The notes beneath the pieces were generated by a model, which made no database searches, had not been told where the DNA came from, and saw only the letters and a program-made list of their open reading frames with translations. 64,000 bases of DNA, taken from the IMG/VR virus record IMGVR_UViG_3300031419_000007. One strand, 5' to 3'. The translations under genes were made by a program, and so were the position numbers. Positions 60,942 through 64,000 of this stretch are shown one piece after another; position 1 is the first letter of the stretch; each line of letters begins with the position of its first letter. This DNA comes from a virus. Lineage: Duplodnaviria > Heunggongvirae > Uroviricota > Caudoviricetes.

Positions 60942-62359
60942 TGGCATATCACCTCCAGGAACATCAGGAGCGGGTATCCAAGAAGATCGGTGAGGGCAAG
61001 TCTGTCCTCGCTTATCACTCGTTAGGGTCAGGGAAGACCCTTACGGCTTTGGATTCCGCCAGCAGCATCCTTAAAGCTAACCCGAATGCTCGGTCGCTGT
61101 TTGTCGTCCCGGCACCACTGCGTGACAACCTGCAAAAGGAAATGGACAAGCACGGTATCGATCCGGAGATCCGCAAACGTATCGACATCGATTCCTATGA
61201 AGGTGCCACGAACAAATCCGAGAAGTACAAGAACAACAAGTACCACTTGGTGGTGATGGATGAGGCACACCGCGTACGTAACTCCGGGCTCCGCTCGGAC
61301 GCTGTGCGTGACATTGCCCGTTCTGCTAAGCAGCGCTTGACCCTGACGGGAACACCAATCTATAACCAGCGTTCTGACATTGCCAAAGTGATCAACACCA
61401 CGGCCGGCAAGACGGTGATGCCGGAAGACCCGACTAAGTTCGACGAAGCGTACATCAACAAGCAGATCGTAAAACCCGGTCTCTTGATGCGGATGCTCGG
61501 GGTGACCCCTGGTGAAAAGCTGACGGTGAAGGATAATGCTGTCCTGAGGAAGATCGGTAAGGAATACATGGACCGGTTTAACGCCATGGAATCCCTGAAG
61601 AGTGACTTCCCAGATCGGACGGATGAGATGGTTCACGTTGACATGAGCCCGCAGCAGCTCCGTGCGTACCAGTACGCCGAGGGCACCATTCCGCTGCCGA
61701 TGCGACTTAAGATCCGAATGAACCTGCCGCTGGACAAGAAAGAGGCTCAGAACCTGAACTCGTTCTCAACGGCAATCCGTCAGATCAGTAACACCGATGC
61801 CGGCTACACCACGCGCCACCCGAACGCCCCGAAGATTGACCGTATCGTCAGTGACTTCGAAGGCATGATGAAGGAGAACCCGAACCACAAAGGGATTATC
61901 TATTCGAATTACCTCGGGTCCGGCCTGGATGAAGCGTACCGTCAGATGACCATGAAGAAGATCCCAACGGTCATGTTCACCGGTAAAACGACCCCGGCCG
62001 AACGTAAGCAGGCGATTAAAGATTACAATGCGGGTAAAGTGAAAGCGATTCTGTTATCCTCTGCAGGATCGGAAGGGCTTGACTTGCAAGGCACCCGTTC
62101 CTTCCAAGGGATGGAGCCTCATTTCAACAACAAGAAGATTGACCAAGTTATCGGTCGCGGCATCCGTTATAAGTCTCACGCGATGCTTCCAGAAGAAGAA
62201 CGTAAGGTCCGTGTCATGCGGTACGCGGCGACTAAGCCGAAACTCTTTGGACACTTCTCGCGTGGCCAGGGGATTGATGACTACCTGAAAAACTCTTCGG
62301 ACACCAAGGATTCACTGACCCGTGAGATCCTCAAAGCGATGACCGATAGCGATAGCTAA
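60941..62359 (+). CDS. SNF2/SF2 helicase-like ATPase, translationally coupled to beta'-C
   Basis: HSLGSGKT, VMDEAH, TLTGTP, EGLDL, QVIGRGIR; TAATG overlap. Confidence 0.88.
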   Translation: MAYHLQEHQERVSKKIGEGKSVLAYHSLGSGKTLTALDSASSILKANPNARSLFVVPAPLRDNLQKEMDKHGIDPEIRKRIDIDSYEGATNKSEKYKNNKYHLVVMDEAHRVRNSGLRSDAVRDIARSAKQRLTLTGTPIYNQRSDIAKVINTTAGKTVMPEDPTKFDEAYINKQIVKPGLLMRMLGVTPGEKLTVKDNAVLRKIGKEYMDRFNAMESLKSDFPDRTDEMVHVDMSPQQLRAYQYAEGTIPLPMRLKIRMNLPLDKKEAQNLNSFSTAIRQISNTDAGYTTRHPNAPKIDRIVSDFEGMMKENPNHKGIIYSNYLGSGLDEAYRQMTMKKIPTVMFTGKTTPAERKQAIKDYNAGKVKAILLSSAGSEGLDLQGTRSFQGMEPHFNNKKIDQVIGRGIRYKSHAMLPEEERKVRVMRYAATKPKLFGHFSRGQGIDDYLKNSSDTKDSLTREILKAMTDSDS

Positions 62360-62408
62360 AATACGAGTGATTAGCTAAAATAGTGTTTATTTAACGGAGA
62401 ACCGAACT

Positions 62409-64000
62409 ATGAATTTTAGTCAAATGGCTCTGGAAAAGCTGAATGCTGCTTCTCCCGGCCTGAGCAAGTACGTGATTGCGTTCAAGGATATGACCTCTGA
62501 ACTGCAAGATTCGGACGGGGTGGAAGTCGGCGTCTTCATCATGCGAAACGGTGGAAGCCTGTTCTACGTCCCAGTGATCTCTCGCGGCGGCGTGACGTTC
62601 CCTATCGACTCCATCTATTTGGCTGATCGTAAGGCGTTCTTCCCGTTAACCAAGAAGACCATCGAGCAGATTAAGACGAGCCAGAACTCAAACGTTGGCC
62701 AGTCTGCACGCATCCCACAGGGTGTCATCAGCAACCCAGATCTGAAAGACCTGGTCGTACCACCACGCACCGGTAAGTTCATGTACGCAAGCGACGGCCG
62801 TTTAGGCGGTATCATTGCGCTGTCTGCACCGGAAATCCGTAAGGACCTGGCTGACGTGATCACCAAGTCTGCCGAAGTGAATGACGCCCTGGGTGCCATG
62901 CTGGACCTGCCGGCACTGACCGAGTCACTGCTGAACGACGAACGTCTGGAATTCACTCTGCAGAAGCAAGCCCGTGTGCTCTTCGACGGTGATGGCCTGC
63001 CGAACGAAGCGGTTCAGAACATCCTGAATAAGGGTTACCACATCGAAGGCGAACATGATCACACCCGTGTGGTTGTTGAGTCTGCCGGTGCATCCCACTT
63101 CACCAAGCTGACCGCTTGTGAACCGGGCCACGCATACACCGCAGAAGGCATCGGTGGTGCAGAACTGCCAATCGCTATCCTGCCGCAGAGCTCGATGAGT
63201 CTGCAGCACAAAGCCGTTCTGGTTGCCCAACCGGATGGCACCTTTGCGTTCATCGACCCTAACGTCGTTGTCCACCAGCAAGAACGCCCGTACGAGAACA
63301 TCGTGAAGAACTTGCTGGAATCAAAAGCCAGTGACGCTTTCGTTCTGGTCGAGCAAGGTGACAACCGTGAAGTGATGTTCTTCGACGGCAGCGGCTACTT
63401 CGTGTTCCGTTCAACCGGTCCGGCGACGCTGGATAACGGCGTGACGATCATGAAAGGTTACGTTCTGCAAGGTGCCGGCGGCTCTACCATGGCAACCCTG
63501 GTGATTTCAGAAGGGATGCACGGCCTGATTCACGTCCAACCGACGGAGAACAAGGGTCTGAACATCTACCTGAACGCCTCGTGCAAAGCCTTCGTGGGTT
63601 ACACGCCGAGCCTGGATTCTCGTATGGAACGCTCACTGTCGTCTGCGATTGTTCGTCACGAGCACCGCACACTGGCCGTTCTGCCTGAATTCCACACCAT
63701 GACCTTCCACAATGGTCAGTTCGCCATTGACGGTCGTATGGTTGGTGGCCGCGGTGACGCTGCCCGTATCCTGGTGGAAGAACTGAAGCTGCAACCAAAC
63801 GATTCTGAATCGCTGCTGAAATCAGCCGAAGAGAACCGCAAGGTTGAGATGCACATGTCGAAAGAAGCGGCAGAAAGCTCGAAGCCAACCCCGATCGTCG
63901 AGTACGGTCAAAAGTTGACTCCGCAAGTGCAGATTTCCGGTGACGCCCGTCAGCGTCAAATGGGCATGGCTGATCGCGTGACTGCTGCGGCGAAGACCCG
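62409..64000 (+). CDS. Large hypothetical protein, probably virion-associated; runs off the window
   Basis: Open frame from ATG 62409 (MNFSQMALEKL...) with RBS GGAGA and two upstream TAAAAT motifs; no stop seen. Confidence 0.7.
   Translation, partial: MNFSQMALEKLNAASPGLSKYVIAFKDMTSELQDSDGVEVGVFIMRNGGSLFYVPVISRGGVTFPIDSIYLADRKAFFPLTKKTIEQIKTSQNSNVGQSARIPQGVISNPDLKDLVVPPRTGKFMYASDGRLGGIIALSAPEIRKDLADVITKSAEVNDALGAMLDLPALTESLLNDERLEFTLQKQARVLFDGDGLPNEAVQNILNKGYHIEGEHDHTRVVVESAGASHFTKLTACEPGHAYTAEGIGGAELPIAILPQSSMSLQHKAVLVAQPDGTFAFIDPNVVVHQQERPYENIVKNLLESKASDAFVLVEQGDNREVMFFDGSGYFVFRSTGPATLDNGVTIMKGYVLQGAGGSTMATLVISEGMHGLIHVQPTENKGLNIYLNASCKAFVGYTPSLDSRMERSLSSAIVRHEHRTLAVLPEFHTMTFHNGQFAIDGRMVGGRGDAARILVEELKLQPNDSESLLKSAEENRKVEMHMSKEAAESSKPTPIVEYGQKLTPQVQISGDARQRQMGMADRVTAAAKT

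Noticed and set aside
1-64000. tRNA/rRNA genes, integrase or transposase
   Set aside because: None recognised; intergenic gaps are short and explained by promoters, terminators and the dispersed repeat. A tRNAscan/Infernal run would be needed to be certain

Overview
A 64-kb segment of a large lytic dsDNA tailed-phage genome. The host is probably Gammaproteobacteria/Enterobacterales; this is an inference from the exopolysaccharide-depolymerase-like gene and the sigma70/RNAP similarity. Bases 1-32.5 kb are a dense minus-strand block of accessory, nucleotide-metabolism and replication genes: a CapW-like HTH, a Nudix hydrolase, an Acb1-like 2H phosphoesterase, a two-piece family-A DNA polymerase, a NAMPT plus NMNAT-Nudix NAD+ salvage pair, embedded spanins, a depolymerase, ligase, ThyA, an exonuclease, a primase-helicase and RNase H. 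A plus-strand tail-fibre cluster follows (32.6-39.6 kb). Then come a recombination/transcription block (Cas4-like nuclease, T7-type SSB, sigma70-type factor, DinG and SNF2 helicases) and a plus-strand block with a probable portal and a multisubunit RNA polymerase. The polymerase has an unusual architecture: beta fused to the N-half of beta', with the C-half of beta' encoded 3.4 kb away. Reading the non-coding DNA gave a recurrent minus-strand motif GGTATAAG-N4-GTGTA(A/C)(A)C, a plus-strand TAAAAT motif that abuts it back-to-back at three strand switches, and a twice-repeated AT-rich element with CGTA(T/C)C arrays. Several unannotated paralog families are also present. All protein assignments are by-eye motif recognition; no database search was run. 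No CRISPR array, tRNA, rRNA, integrase or reverse transcriptase was seen.
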